Below, one piece after another: positions 1 through 12,928 of a DNA stretch of 64,000 bases. This stretch comes from Octopus bimaculoides (Eukaryota), in assembly GCF_001194135.2 (NCBI RefSeq), contig NC_068990.1, positions 31,790,329 through 31,854,328 on the forward strand. The letters run 5' to 3'. How positions within the stretch are numbered: position 1 is the first letter of the stretch; each line of letters begins with the position of its first letter. The translations under genes were made by a program, and so were the position numbers. The notes beneath the pieces are model-generated. The model saw nothing but the letters and a program-made list of their open reading frames with translations, had not been told where the DNA came from and made no database searches.

Positions 1-232
1 CAGTTAGTGGAATAGTTTCATTTTTAAAGTGAAAGTATTTGACATGAGTGTTTTTGTTTCACTTTTGACACGTAATACTTAAATAGTGGAGGAGATATTA
101 TGTTGCCGTGTGCTCGAACTCTGCAAGAAGTTAATAATTTTTTTTGACTAAAACACAACTGGAACCCTAAGTAAGGCATGTGTAAAATTTGAATGAAATT
201 GGTTGCGTAGTTCTCGAGTTTTAGGGATTCAC

Positions 233-275
<43 letters not shown>

Positions 276-306
276 CACACACATTCTCATTTTTATATAT
301 ATAGAT
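1..306 (-). mobile_element. Non-autonomous Helitron/Helentron-type (DINE/HINE-like) element end with (GACA)n array
   Basis: Minus strand begins ATCTATATATATAAAAATG followed by (TG)n(TCTG)n, then the core ...ACCAATTTCATTCAAATTTT..., the typical layout of these elements. Confidence 0.55.
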
Positions 307-579
307 ACTGATACTGAGTCACGAAAATAAATGACCTCCACCAAATGCTGTTTAACGTTCATTTTTGTTGGTTAGGTATTATTGCTGTTGAAACTTAGCA
401 TTTTACTGAAAATATGCAAATTCATTCGGTAACTCGTAACAACTAACAGACATGTTGAAGTCGTCACGGCACTATCACAAGTTGCGACACAAAACTGTAT
501 ATTTAGATTCGTCTCTGCTATTTTCTTGGTTTATTTTCAAAATTCTTTCATCTTTAAAGGTTTCGTAATGTTTCCATTG

Positions 580-2322
580 CACAAGTTTGCATTTTTAAAT
601 GAAGTAAATGATGAATGTCTACTTATAGGTTATTCTGAATTATTTTTTTAATGTTGATTTCAAATATGTCTTTAGTTTTTGCATATCACGTACAAATTTT
701 GCAAAAATAGCTGCCAAAGATATAATGATTTTTCTTGTCAATCATTCCCTTTTGTGGCAGACTTTTAGATGAAGTATTATGGAATTAAGAACAAATGACT
801 AGAACAATAATAAAAAAGGTATGAATAATGTATGTAGGCCTACATATCGACTAAATATATTTTCTTAATGCCCTTCCCATGACTTCAAAGTAATTTTACT
901 CCATTTCAAACTTCCTTTTCTTTGATTTCCTTCCAGCTTTTGATAGTTGCTTGCAGTCTCTCTTTAGAGTCCAGCAGTAATCCGCCATCATATTTACATT
1001 CCACCTTCCTTGGTACCTCCACTCCATTTCTTTAATGTCCCGGTGAAACCTCTCATCATACTCTTCACTTAGATTGTCACGGTTCTACGGGAAATAGTCG
1101 AGGTATGAGTGAAGAAAGTGCATTTTAGCACTCATGTTGCATCCAAGCTTTTTGAACTTTTGCAACATAGTATCAAGTAATTTGAACAAGTTCTCGACAA
1201 CACACTTGAAGCTCACCCATACCTCTTTTTGAGATTCATTCATGGATTTCTCATAATCTGGGATTTATATTAGCTTACGAATGTTAGGACCAACAAATAT
1301 TTCTGATTTAATTTTCTCACTGGTTACATTTGGGAATTTTTTCGAGAGATACATTTTTAGTCTAGAACCAAGAAGTTCCGCTGCTTCCTTTGGTAGGTCC
1401 AAATCTTTCATCAAATCATTGAGCTCTTCCTATGTAAATAACTGCGGACTTTCTATTTCGTCAGGAGTGTGGTCATCACCTTCTTCTTCACATTTGGCTT
1501 CTTCATCACTATCTAATGTAACATTCTCCAAAACAAATGGATGGAGAGAGGATCTGGAATATCAGCAATAGGCCATATAGCTGAGGGAATGCTATGATAC
1601 ATTATCTCATGTTTATTTTTTGCACTGTACCCATCAACTTTAGTAATGCACTGTGGTTATTCGGTTCTCGCCATACTAGTGGTATTCCAAAAGTCATTTC
1701 TTTTTTCTTACCAACTTTCCAGAGTCTCAGCCCCTCCACACAAGCGTGACACACTTTGTGTGGAGCTCAAGGTTTGTTTTCATTACCGATTTTAACACCA
1801 AACTAAGCGAAGTATAGGTTCTTTACAAGATCAGTTATATTTTGTCTCTTCTGCTTGATGACAATATACAAGAATATGTTTGGATTGTTCACGCACTTAT
1901 GTCTATATGCACTCATTTTGAATGGACTTTATACGTAAACATCATCAATAACTAACCTCTGGTACTACTAGAACAACACTAAAGCATGCATCAGTTACTA
2001 ATCGTGTATACAGCTTTTCAAGGTCACGTTGTCTGTAAGAATTACCATCGACTGTTTAATACACTTTATATTGACTGCTATTCTACCTTTATTAATATTA
2101 GGTCAGCATCGGTTTATAGCAATTTATTTTGTTGAGAAAATTAAATCAGATAATCACTGTCATCCTATTCTCTGATACCATAATGCAGAAAAAAACAAGG
2201 CTTTATTACAGAAAAACTAGATGTGATGGAGAAAAACTAATCACAGATCTGAAATCAGCATTAAAAAATCGATTCAAATAGTCATGTAGACATTTAAATA
2301 TAGAAAATCATGCAGACTTGTG
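580..2322 (-). mobile_element. Chapaev3-like (CMC superfamily) DNA transposon, internally deleted and degenerate
   Basis: Termini CACAAGTTTGCAT (580) and ATGCAGACTTGTG (2322), further imperfect inverted similarity at about 616-715 vs 2212-2300, 3-bp flanks TTG/TTA. The minus strand encodes transposase remnants (see next feature). The Chapaev3 family assignment is from recalled motifs and the CAC termini. Confidence 0.8.
896..1916 (-). pseudogene. Transposase pseudogene of the Chapaev3-like element
   Basis: Minus-strand translation gives MSAYRHKCVNNPNIF...APHKVCHACVEGLRLW...FGIPLVWREPNNH ... AELLGSRLK/YLSKKFPNVTSEKIKSEIFVGPNIRKL ... KLGCNMSAKMHFLHSYLDYFP*...ERFHRDIKEMEWRYQGRWNVNMMADYCWTLKRD...RKFEME*, with several stops and frameshifts. 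Confidence 0.85.
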
Positions 2323-2929
2323 TTATCTTTCATTAAATTCTTTTTATAAATAAATAAATGTACAAACAAACAAGCATGGCAATTGCAAATTCCGATATGT
2401 CGATAATAGAGGCTTCTGATTGGGTAAAAGTAACCATAAATCTCAATCTTTAAAGGTTCGTATACTTTTATATGGATCTGTTCCTTTTGGCTGGCACATA
2501 GAAAAAATAATTGTTTGTAACTTCAAATTTCGTATACTGGTAGAATGTGTCATTTAAAACATCATTTACTCTAGGTGTTTTTAAGAAAATTCTTTATTTT
2601 CGAAGTTATTTCGTGTTAAAGTTGTCGTGTTTCGGTAATTTCAACCAATCAATGACGTCTATTGAGGTGAAAACAATTACTGCTGTGGTTAGTCTTTGGC
2701 TTAGAAGTGCTACTGAAGGCCGCTACCGGTTCAAGATAAANNNNNNNNNNNNNNNNNNNNNNNNNNNNNNNNNNNNNNNNNNNNNNNNNNNNNNNNNNNN
2801 NNNNNNNNNNNNNNNNNNNNNNNNNNNNNNNNNNNNNNNNNNNNNNNNNNNNNNNNNNNNNNNNNNNNNNNNNNNNNNNNNNNNNNNNNNNNNNNNNNNN
2901 NNNNNNNNNNNNNNNNNNNNNNNNNNNNN

Positions 2930-3480
2930 TGATTGCCCGGCCGCCCTCCTTTAATCGGGCAGGCGAGGCAGTTTTCTTTTGCCTGGTTGCGGTGGCGAAA
3001 GAGATTGTCTGGTGGACGAGGCTGAAAGGAATGAGGACAGAGACATTCCTCTTTGGTAAAGCTCTCATCGACTTTTTCAACTTTTACTTGAAAAGGAAAG
3101 TGAGGGTGGAGAGGGAGGTGCTGTCCTCGAGTGAATTTATGCAAGAGGTGGGTGAAAGTCGTGAAAATGGTACCACTCTCAGTGTTGACCTGTGAGTCAG
3201 AGGAAAGGAGTTGGAAAAGGCATTTGTCCGTATTATTCAGGATGATCTTGGATGGTGGGGTTTCTCAATCATCCCTAGAGGTCCGCCTGTATCAGGACCA
3301 CCCCCACCATCACAATTTTTTTCTACTTATTGCTGTATATTATGTGTACTTCACTTCTTTTAATGTATACTATGCACACGTTTTTCCTTTTTTTTATCTT
3401 TCCATTATATGTAAACCGTTTATATCTGTCTTTGTATTGTCCCCCTCATTCTTCGCCCTAGTGGCAAATAAAAGAAACCA
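2930..3480 (+). mobile_element. 3' end of an L1/Tx1-like LINE (ORF2 C-terminus, 3' UTR, tail)
   Basis: Translation ...FFCLVAVAKEIVWWTRLKG...FLFGKALIDFFNFYLKRKVRVEREVL...KRW, then a UTR with AATAAA and a simple-repeat tail. The 5' side is an N gap. Confidence 0.55.
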
Positions 3481-3527
3481 TCCTCCTCCTCCTCCTCCTC
3501 CTCATCATCATCATTATTATTATTATT

Positions 3528-3836
3528 GTTCAGTAGTTTTATTTTTATAATGTGCTTTCACTTCACTACCGAGCGCAGCTCTGTGCGCCTTGGGTATGTG
3601 CTGTGGTTTGCTGTGGTGCTCTTATGGTTACTGTATTGAAAGTGTTTTGCGTAGGATGTGTGTAGTGCCCAGTAGTGCAATTTTCTGTATATTATACATA
3701 TTTGTAAGTCCTGGTGTTTTTGTTATGTATTTGTCTGAATATTTTTTTATTATACCTAAGGCTCCTACTATGATAGGAACTGTTTCTGTTTTTAGATTCC
3801 ACATTCGAGTTACCTCTATTTCCAGGTCTTTGTATC
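3528..3836 (-). mobile_element. R4/Dong-clade LINE, 5'-truncated 3' end
   Basis: Minus strand encodes DLEIEVTRMWNLKTETVPIIVGALGIIKK...IQKIALLGTTHILRKTLSIQ*, a restriction-like endonuclease C-terminus. (ATT)n arrays on both sides. Confidence 0.8.
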
Positions 3837-3871
3837 ATTATTATTATTATTATTATTATTGATTGATTGAT

Positions 3872-4185
3872 TGAGAGAGCAGTGCATGCCATCAAAGTGA
3901 CACTGGGATACAAATATACGAAGCCCAATATACCCATCATTACTACCCGTCTGATGAGGGTACACCAGGCACATGCATCACAACCATATGTGCACAATAT
4001 GGCGATTTCATATCAAGACAAACAGATAATGACCTTGCAGGTGGGGCCCACTCAAAAAGTCCCGGAATAAGGATTGTTTTAAAGATGAACAAACACTCAC
4101 ACCTCCAGAGGTGAATTATTCAAACCACAAAGAACTCCTCTCCACTACTTCTACTCGTATCAGAGATGCACATATTGTCAGCCAC
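3872..4185. repeat. Unclassified (TAA)n-associated interspersed repeat, partial copy
   Basis: Reverse-complement homolog of 37310-37822 (GAGAGAGCAGTGCATGCCATCAAAGTGACACTGGG...). Confidence 0.7.
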
Positions 4186-6305
4186 AATAAAGTTCATAGT
4201 ATAAAATTAAATTATAACACATATACACCATGCAGACGACAGCCAACAAAATAAAACTAAATTTTACAATTTATTCCTTGTATGTGACCCGGTACCAAAT
4301 GATCTGCGGTCCGGTGGTTGTAAGTGCGTGTGATATGTTCAGTGTATACGGATGTGCAGATGTATAGGAATAAAGTTTAAAACGAAGGAGAGCAGGAGAA
4401 TGTCCCTCAGAAAAGGTAAGACAGTGGGAAAGTGATTTCTAATAAGAGAGGACATATTATAGGTTTCAGAACAGAGTGAATAGTCTGGAAAAGATCAACT
4501 GAAATGGAGGACATTGCGATGTAAAGATTCAGGAGCAATTGAACGAATGATTCAAACAGACTAGGACAGTGATTCGGGGAAACGCAAAACTTTGGTGCTG
4601 TGATTTGCTGTTACCAAGATTTGTGTAATAGCAATACCCCTCTAACATTTTGGTGTGTGTGCGCGCAAATTTTGTCTTTCTTGGCAAAGTACGTGCGCAT
4701 TCATACAAGTAGACGTTTGCAGTTCAAATATTTCGATTTCCTCAAGAAAACCTAATGTACGCACATTTTTCATTTGTTCACTTGTTGCAAAACATGTGCG
4801 CATGCAGCAAGCGCACAGCTTAGAGGGAGCAAGGGAACATTGTATGGTAGCTGCTTGCATATGAGGTAACAGCTATAATGGTCAAGCAGATGCTCGTAAA
4901 AAGTGGCTAGGACTGCCAAGGATGAGCATACCTACACTTGAATGCCCCCTCCATCGACTTCTTTCCGCATAACTTTCAAAAAATTGGATACCTTTTGATG
5001 AAATTTTCTACAAATACCTTTCAGGTGGTGCAAATCTCGGTTATACTGGAATTTGTGAACATTTTTACGGAGGAGCAGAAGTGATTCGGAGAATTCACAA
5101 AATTCGACTTTGTTTCTTCTTAACTTTCAGGAAAGTGGTAATCTTTTAATGAAATTTTATGCAAATACCTTTCAGATGGTGTAGACTACGACTAAATAGG
5201 AACTTAACGTGAAAAAAAAAAGAAAAAAAATGGTGGGCTCACACGCGTACATACATACTTAACATATTTTCGAAATTTCAAGTTTCATTTTGTGCATATA
5301 TGTGATATATGTCAGTATGTATGTGTGAGCCAAACTTTTCTTTCTTTTTTTTTTTTTACATAATATTCCATTATAATTCTAGCGTATACCATCTGAAAAT
5401 TGTCAAAAAAAAGTTATTAAAATATACCCATTTTTTTCTGACAGTTATCAGAAAACAGAGTTGTGGTAGTGGTGGTGGGGTACACTTGTGTAGGTATGTC
5501 CAAGTGTTGTCTGATGTCGCTTTGGGCGTTCAGAGAAAATTAAGCTCCCGTTCACATTGGTAATCAAAGAATTTAAAGCGAGCAAGGTGTGATAAACTCT
5601 GAGATGCAACAATTGCGAAGATAAAGTCTCCAATCTTTACTGAACACAAGATGGAGAAAACCGCAGACGAGGCTGTTGCACAAACGAAAAGGGAAAAAAA
5701 CGGGTGCGGAGTGAACTGACCACTAAAGGAGTTGGCTTTCTTCCCTGCGAAGCAACGATTTCACTATGCAGGATCGGACTTAGTGAGAGAAGTTATCTAA
5801 AAGAAGGATGGGACCACCACCACACACACACACACACAGCAGAAAGGTAAGTGTGCATGAGTACAGTGAGACAAAGTGGATCAGCCACTCAACATGTGAA
5901 ATATGCAATGACGTGGACACCGGAAGAAGATAAATGTAAAATAGCCAGTCCTAGGACACCTGGTGTCGGACGTTCCAATACGACATCAAATGCATGAGGA
6001 TCAACTGGAGCGGAGAGGATTTAGGCAGATCGAACTCGCTGGAGGAAGCTTGTTACCTTATGTGTTTCACGTAACGGGATTATCTAAATTTAAGTAAAAG
6101 CTGCAACAAGTGTAGCTACATTGATTTATCGATGACTAGAGAAGGTAAATAAAACTATTGTGTCACGCTGCAATTTTGTTTATCTTCGACTGAATCCGCA
6201 CTTCTTATGCAAATTCTTAGTATGTGCACTTATAGTGGACTGCCCTAATCAAATAAATAAATAAATAAATAACGATTGTAACAATAACATATAGTTTTTA
6301 GGACC

Positions 6306-6850
6306 GGTAGAGATGGACTATATGTAATCTGAACCTCCCCCCCCCCTTATTTNNNNNNNNNNNNNNNNNNNNNNNNNNNNNNNNNNNNNNNNNNNNNNNN
6401 NNNNNNNNNNNNNNNNNNNNNNNNNNNNNNNNNNNNNNNNNNNNNNNNNNNNNNNNNNNNNNNNNNNNNNNNNNNNNNNNNNNNNNNNNNNNNNNNNNNN
6501 NNNNNNNNNNNNNNNNNNNNNNNNNNNNNNNTCCCCCCCCCAACCAAGCAGGCTATTTACATGCTAGAAATAACAGCCAAATCTCACAAAACTAGTGTTA
6601 GGGTTAGGTTTAGGGTTAGGGTCAGGGTTAGGGTTAGGGTCAGGGTTAGGGTTAGGGTTTGAGTTAGGGTTAGGTTTACCCTGTGGATCTATATAAAAAC
6701 CGGAGGGGGGGGTCGAAATTTTGAAATTGAGATTTTTGAAAATTTTTTTCCAGAATCGGATTCTCCATGGTCTGAAACATAGGATTCCGTAAAAAAAAAC
6801 AAAATTTAAAAGTGGGGGTATACCCAGATTACATATACTCCATCTCCACC
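6306..6850. mobile_element. Inverted-repeat-bounded non-autonomous element containing interstitial TTAGGG repeats
   Basis: 26-bp inverted repeat (6306-6331 vs 6825-6850, 2 mismatches) and a degenerate (TTAGGG)n array at 6598-6678. Confidence 0.55.
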
Positions 6851-9490
6851 CTTTCAATGTATAGAATTTAAAGTTAATTTCTTTCAGCATTTTCTCTCGC
6901 TTTATCGAACTTCACAAAACTTATTTAGTTGGCGATCTTACGGTACAATACCTAGAAATGTAGGTATTGTAACGAAAGATCGCCATTTAGTTTTATATCA
7001 TATACCACTGCTAAGCAATATCGGCAGCACCATTTTTTTTAGTTTTAAAAGATTTTTCAGCAACTAATTACAATTACAAAATCCATTCCCGCAAACCATC
7101 GACAACGGAAGCAAACTGGAGGAAATGATACATTATTGATTTATCTTCCCATTGAACTTTTCCGTTTAAGAAAGTCGTCAGGTGGCAGCACGCACACACA
7201 CACACATACATACACACAACTATAGACACACGTACACACACAAATAAACACGCATGTATACACACACGTGCGTGTAAACACAATCTCGTTGTTGGACGGC
7301 ATGGCTCCTTCCATAGTCAATGTCCTTGCAGCGACTCAAGGTACAAGACTTTATTTTGCTATAATCAAATTATTTATGATATTCTTAACTGCTTAGCTGC
7401 CTAGAGTAATCTTTTAACTACCTGTAAAAAAAACAATCGAAGCGGTGTGTGTTTGCAAGAAGCATTACTACTTTATATAAACAATTAAGAATGGGAAAGC
7501 AGTCCACTTCATTCATTTCGTGTTTAAAACTGTGATGTGTATATTCACATAATATTCTATGTTTAAAGATAGAGACAGCAGTTCTGTCATACGATGAAAT
7601 TGATCGGTATATATGTATGTAACTCAACATAGACCTAATTTAATTTTTTATATTGTTTTCCGGTGACGAGTAAACTAACCTAGAACAGTAGTGTACGTAT
7701 ATTTCCTTCCTTAATTAACGTTGTGCTAATTCAAAAGCACCAACGTAGAAGTAAATAAGCTGTGCTCTCTCTCCCTTCTTCACTTTCACTTCGCATTATG
7801 TCTTGGTAAGCCACTCTCGTAAAACATGTAAAGAAGCCGGGTCGCTCGGCCAGCTAGAAATAACGGCCAAATCTTCCTCAGATCAGGATCATTTCGTCTT
7901 AGAAAATGGCATATAAATGTGACTATGGGCTCGTTGTACTCTGCAAAAAAGACAGATGGCCACGGTCGGAATGTCTTTGATCATAGGTCTGAATACACCT
8001 ACATTGTGGATGTATGTGTATATACCTGAATATTTATATGTATGTTTTGTATTTTACGAAGCGTGAATGATCGAATGGAGACTGATATTACACCCTATTC
8101 TCTTGTCAATGAGGGAGATCTCTTATATAGCTGCAAGACCGCTTACAAAAATAGCAGCCAATTCTTCCTTAAATAACACCCTACTGCCTTATGTATGTTT
8201 TTCTTTTTTCCTGTATGAACTAACGAGGGAGACCTTTACATGGTAGTTACGTATGTTAGAAATTGCAGCCAAATCTCTTTATAAGGACAGGTTTTCGATC
8301 GACTTGCTAGAAATTGCAGAGAATGTCTCTCGCTGACCTAAGGGCTAAAGAACAATAATAAAATCTACACCACTGTCATTACGACTATTTGATGGTGGTG
8401 GTGGTGATATTGCTTGTAATATTCCAAACGACAACCACTGCAACAACCTCCAAAGCGAACAGTATTAACACTACCACCGCCAATACTAACAGCCACCACA
8501 CATCAATGGTTGTTAGCAGTTGTAGTGGTGCTATTAACGCAACACACGCAATATCACCATCACTACAGCCACTCTATAGTGTTATTGTTTATTGTTGTTT
8601 AACCCCAGATCAGGCCACATCATTGATTTGAAGGAAATTTGTCAGTCCCGCCTTCCAGCATATCAAAATTGGATGCATTATATTGGTTGAAATTCCAAAC
8701 AATTTCAGTCTTTAAAGGATCGTAATTTTAGTATTTTTTGAAAGATGGTCATGATTTTTGCAATTAGCATGAAAAACTACAACTGGTGTAGAAATTTTCG
8801 AAAAATTGGATCTGATATGTGAAACCGAAAATATTTCAAATAAATGAATGTACTGAGTTCAATTCCTCCAATCATCACCTCATAAAATTGGCCGTTGTCC
8901 AGTTAGAAGTACATGTTTCTGAGTCATCCGAGTTATATTTATTTATTCGTGTGAACTCGGTTGACACGAGTTTTTCTCCTACTCACCATTAGCTTAACTC
9001 ATAAATTTGTCTGAAAATAGCATTAGATTCTCTTAAAGTATTTACAAATTGAAACATTAATTGCCAACACCTTTTAAACCTCTTTGCAAAGATAATTAAC
9101 AAGAGAAAAAATTGTACAAAACATAATTACAAATTACTATTACTGTTTTAGTAAATTTATCTTTTCATCTTGCATTAAAAAGTTCTTTTCTTTTTAATCG
9201 TAGTACATACGTGGCTGGTGTATACCCTACCTGTATTATAACGTTAGCTTCTATTACATTCTGCAAAACTGAAGTAAACAGTTGAATGACATCGTGATTT
9301 AATGAAGCAAAGCAATTTAAAACCAGAGGGAACCATAGTTGGAAAATATGCACACTTGGCTCGGCCGACAAAGTCTTCAAAGGCAGCGGTCCTCAATATT
9401 TTTTTTATCATAGACCATTTTCATGCAAGACACTTTTTCTGTGGACTGGGGAATCATACACGTAGCAAAATCCAATTAAGTGCATAATCT

Positions 9491-9866
9491 TTTATCTCTT
9501 ACTCGTTTCAGTCATTAGACTGCGGCCAAACTGGGGCACCGCCTTGAGGAATTCTAGTCAAACTCATCGACCCCAGTACTTCTTTTCTTTTTTTAAAGGG
9601 TGGTACTTATTCTATCGGTATCTTTTGTCGAACTGCTAAGTTACGGGGACTTAAACATACCAGCACCAGTTGTCAAACAGTGGTGGGTGACAAATACACA
9701 CATGTTTATATGCGATGGGCTTCTTTCAGTTTCTGTTTACCAAATCCATTCACAAGGCTTTGGTAGGCCTGAGGCTATAGTAGAGGACACTTGCCCAAGG
9801 TGCCACATGGTAAGACTGGACCTGGAACCATGTGGCCGGGAAGAAAACTTCTTGCCACACAGCCAC
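9491..9866 (-). mobile_element. tRNA-derived SINE family A
   Basis: Reverse complement of the full copy at 62677-63083. Confidence 0.85.
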
Positions 9867-10393
9867 GAATTATTACACACACACATATACTTACACTACA
9901 TATTTAATGCAAAAATATCCTGCAGACTACAATAGCCAATAAAATAGAAACAAAGTTTTTAAATTTACTCTTTCTATGTAGCCCAGCCCTGGTCTGCTGC
10001 CCTGTTGGGGATCCCTGTTCTGAGGAACTATATAGAAGTTGTTTGATTCTGTCCAGTCCATTACTATTATACTATCAACCTCAGAGGAGTGAATATCCTT
10101 ATCAGTTGTGGTAGGATTTGTACTCAGAGTGGAAAACAATGAAACTAAATATTGTAATGTTTTTAGTCCAGCATTTACCACCATTTCTGCTTCATTTCTC
10201 TTAATTTTAATGATTAGCAAGGTAGATAATGTGGCTGAAGTGATATCTCTACCTCTTTACATTCTGTGTTCAGACCCTCCTAAGTTCATCCTATATGCAA
10301 TACTTCCATGCAAAAAGATTTCTTGTGCCATTGTGACAAGCCAATATTTAATGAATGGTATCAACATTAATTATTTTATATTTAGGAAAGATA

Positions 10394-10612
10394 AGGCGGC
10401 AAGCTGGTAGGAACGTTAGCACGCCGGGCAAAATGCTTAGCGGTATTTCGTCTGTCTTTATGTTCTGAGTTCAGATTCTGCCAAGGTCAACTTTCATCCT
10501 TTCAGGGTCGATAAATTAAGTACAAGTTGCATACTGGGGGTGATCTAATCGGCTACCCCCCCCCCCTCCACATAAATTTCAGGCCTTGTGCTTAGAGTAG
10601 AAAAGAATATTT
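10394..10612 (+). mobile_element. tRNA-derived SINE family C (MetaSINE-like core TTTCATCCTTTC.GGGTCGATAAA)
   Basis: A-box/B-box-like head (GGCGGCAAGCTGG...GTTCAGATTC); homologous to 18108-18329 (-). Confidence 0.75.
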
Positions 10613-10694
10613 AGGAAAGAGGAAAAATCAGTCAATTCAACATAAAGTAGGATAGTTTCACTTACTTTATGTGGCCAAATTCCTAAATATGGCT

Positions 10695-11683
10695 TGAGTG
10701 TCAAATCATTTGCTAGATAGAGAGAAGAACCTTTTTTCCATGAAGTTCCCTTCTTGGTTGTGGTTGAGCTTTTTCCCTTTTACCAAGCCACTGGTTACAA
10801 TGTTTAACATTTCGATAGAAGATCCATTTTTCATCACCAGTCACAAGTCTATCCNNNNNNNNNNTGTTGAAGATGATGATAAACAGTTGTATGGTTTGAA
10901 CTAAGCTTTATTGCCAATTCTTCAACTGATAATGCAGGATTTTCTTCAAGTAATGCCTCAAGGAGCTTATCATCAAACTCAACTGAACGTCCTGTTCGAT
11001 TTTCATTTTCACAGTTGAAATCTCTACTTCTGAATTTTGCAAAATCCTTCTGCAAGTTCTTTCATTCAAGCATCCTTTCCCATAAACTGAGTGTATGTTT
11101 CGAGTCGCTTTGGCTGCAGAGTTTCTTTTTTTGTACTCATAATGCGTTATGTGCCTTAAATGCTCTTTGGATACTTCCATGTTAGAAAGGGTTTTAATCA
11201 AAGAAATTTTAATTCTATTATTCTGTAAAATAATATTTAATTAGTTTAAATGTACACATGCATAAAAATAATTTTTTATTCCATGCCGGTGGCACGTTAG
11301 AAAATCAGTCAAGTGAGGTCGTTGCCAGTGCTGCTAGACTGGCTCCCGTGCAGGTGGCACATAAAAAACACCTTTTTGAGCATGGCTGTTGCCAGTACTG
11401 TGTGACTGGCCATCATGCCGGTGGCACGTAAAAGCACCCACTACACTCTCGGAATGGTTGGCATTAGGAAGGGCATCCAGCTGTAGAAACTCTGCCAGAT
11501 CAGATTGGAGCCTGGTGCAGCCTTCTGGCTTGCCAGTCCTCAGTCAAATCGTCCAACCTATGCTAGCATGGAAAGCAGACGTTAAACGATGATGATGATG
11601 ATGATTAGACATTCTAAAATACTATTAAATTTCATTCAATTTTAAAAAAGGGAAAATTGGACAGAACTTATGGGATGACCTGA
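10695..11683 (-). mobile_element. Mariner (Tc1/mariner) transposon remnant, interrupted by a SINE
   Basis: Frameshifted transposase MEVSKEHLRHI..YEYKK.NSAAKATRNIHSVYG...RTGRSVEFDDKLLEALLEENP...VTGDEKWIFY. Terminal repeat TCAGGTCATCCCATAAGTTCTGTCC ends at 11683 next to TA. Confidence 0.85.
11281..11604 (+). mobile_element. RTE-tail repeat family B (ends AGGAAGGGCATCCAGC...GTTAAACGATGATGAT)
   Basis: 3' end shared with the RTE LINE at 21538-22381; (GAT)n tail; inserted into the mariner. Further copies at about 13130-13260, 13400-13515, 14615-14770 (-), 15290-15560, 23690-23810, 46250-46400, 46740-46820, 63105-63372. Confidence 0.85.
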
Positions 11684-11696
11684 TACATTGTTTCCA

Positions 11697-12021
11697 GTTC
11701 AGTCTCACTATGTGGCACCTTGGGCAAGTGTCTTCTACTATAGCCTCAGGCTAACCAAAGCCCTGTGAGTGGATTTGGTAGATGAAAACTGAAAGAAGCC
11801 TGCTGTGTACATGTATATGTGCATATATTTATGTCTGTGACAACCAATGTTGGTGCGTTTACATCTCCGTAACTTAGTGGTTTGGCATAAGGTACTGATA
11901 GAATAAGTACTAGGGTTACAAAGAATAAGTCCTGAGGTCAATTTCTTCAACTAAAAAAACGTTTTAGGTGGTGCTCCAACATGGCTGCAGTCAATGACTG
12001 AAACAAGTAAAAGAATAGAAG
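11697..12021 (+). mobile_element. tRNA-derived SINE family A, head-truncated
   Basis: Homologous to 62677-63083. Confidence 0.8.
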
Positions 12022-12619
12022 ATATGTGTATATACATATGTATGTAGGTACAGGCATGGCTGTGTGGCTAGGAAACTTGCTTTGCAACCATGTAGTTTAG
12101 AGTTCAGTGGGTAAGTGTCTTATACTTTAGCCCTGAGCTGATCAATGCCTTATGAATGAATTTGGTAGACAGAAACTGTGAAAGCTCATTGCTTGTGTGT
12201 ATATATACACACACACATATGTCTATGTTTGTATGTCTGCTTGTATTGTTATTAGAGATTTATAACATTGGGAGTATAATTATTATAGCATTAACAAAGG
12301 TATTTTGTCTAACTTAATTATGAAATTTATCATTTTGTCAATTCTGCTTAAGTTTTATGCACATATATATGCATGCAACTTTTTGAGAGTATTTTTGAAT
12401 CGTTAATATGTTAGCTGCACTTTCTTATAATGCAAATGAACAAATTTTATGTTCAGACTTAATTATATCATCTTGTATTATGCTGAAAATTACTTTCCAT
12501 CCTTTGAAATCTTTTGTTTTTTTTATTTTTGTTTCATGTGTTCTCATATGTATCTTCTTCTTGTTCTTCCTTGCAGTGGAACTTTGTTGGGAAAGCAATC
12601 AGAAAAAATAAAAATAGTT

Positions 12620-12928
12620 ATGAAGAGAATATTTTGGAGCAAATACCGAATTCTTTTGTTGCTGCTGGGGATGACAGCTACCTTATACATTCTATTTCTC
12701 TATTATTCCATGTCGAAACTGGATGCGGTAAACAGTAATTCCTTTCTATTAGAAAGAAGAAATATTATTAAAGTGGCACCGTTGGATGATAAAATGCAAG
12801 AAATTCCAGAAATTTCAGTTGCTTCAAGAGTACAGCACTCAAAAGTTAAAATAAGAGGTGTAATTCTTGATAAAATGCACCTTTATTTTCCAACGAAGAA
12901 CAACACATTTCAATGTCTGCATTCCAAG
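12620..12928 (+). CDS. PRKCSH-like gene coding exon 1 (MKRIFWSKYR, hydrophobic anchor, stem, start of PRKCSH-like domain)
   Basis: Acceptor ttcttccttgcag ends at 12576, ATG at 12620, donor AAG|gtaagc at 12928/12929. Residues 11-30 (ILLLLLGMTATLYILFLYYS) are hydrophobic. The frame is open back to the acceptor, so an upstream-encoded N-terminal extension cannot be excluded. Confidence 0.85.

Noticed and set aside
3940-3975. CTGATGAG in the (TAA)n-associated repeat
   Set aside because: It sits in the loop of a TACCC:GGGTA hairpin, no GAAA follows a stem II, and the second copy reads CTGATAAG.
6598-6678. True telomere or chromosome end
   Set aside because: The array is short, degenerate and has ordinary sequence on both sides.
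9165-10350. Possible divergent minus-strand gene or upstream exons of the PRKCSH-like gene
   Set aside because: A donor-like CAG|GTAGGG and short ORFs exist, but there is no recognisable protein motif or consistent exon chain.
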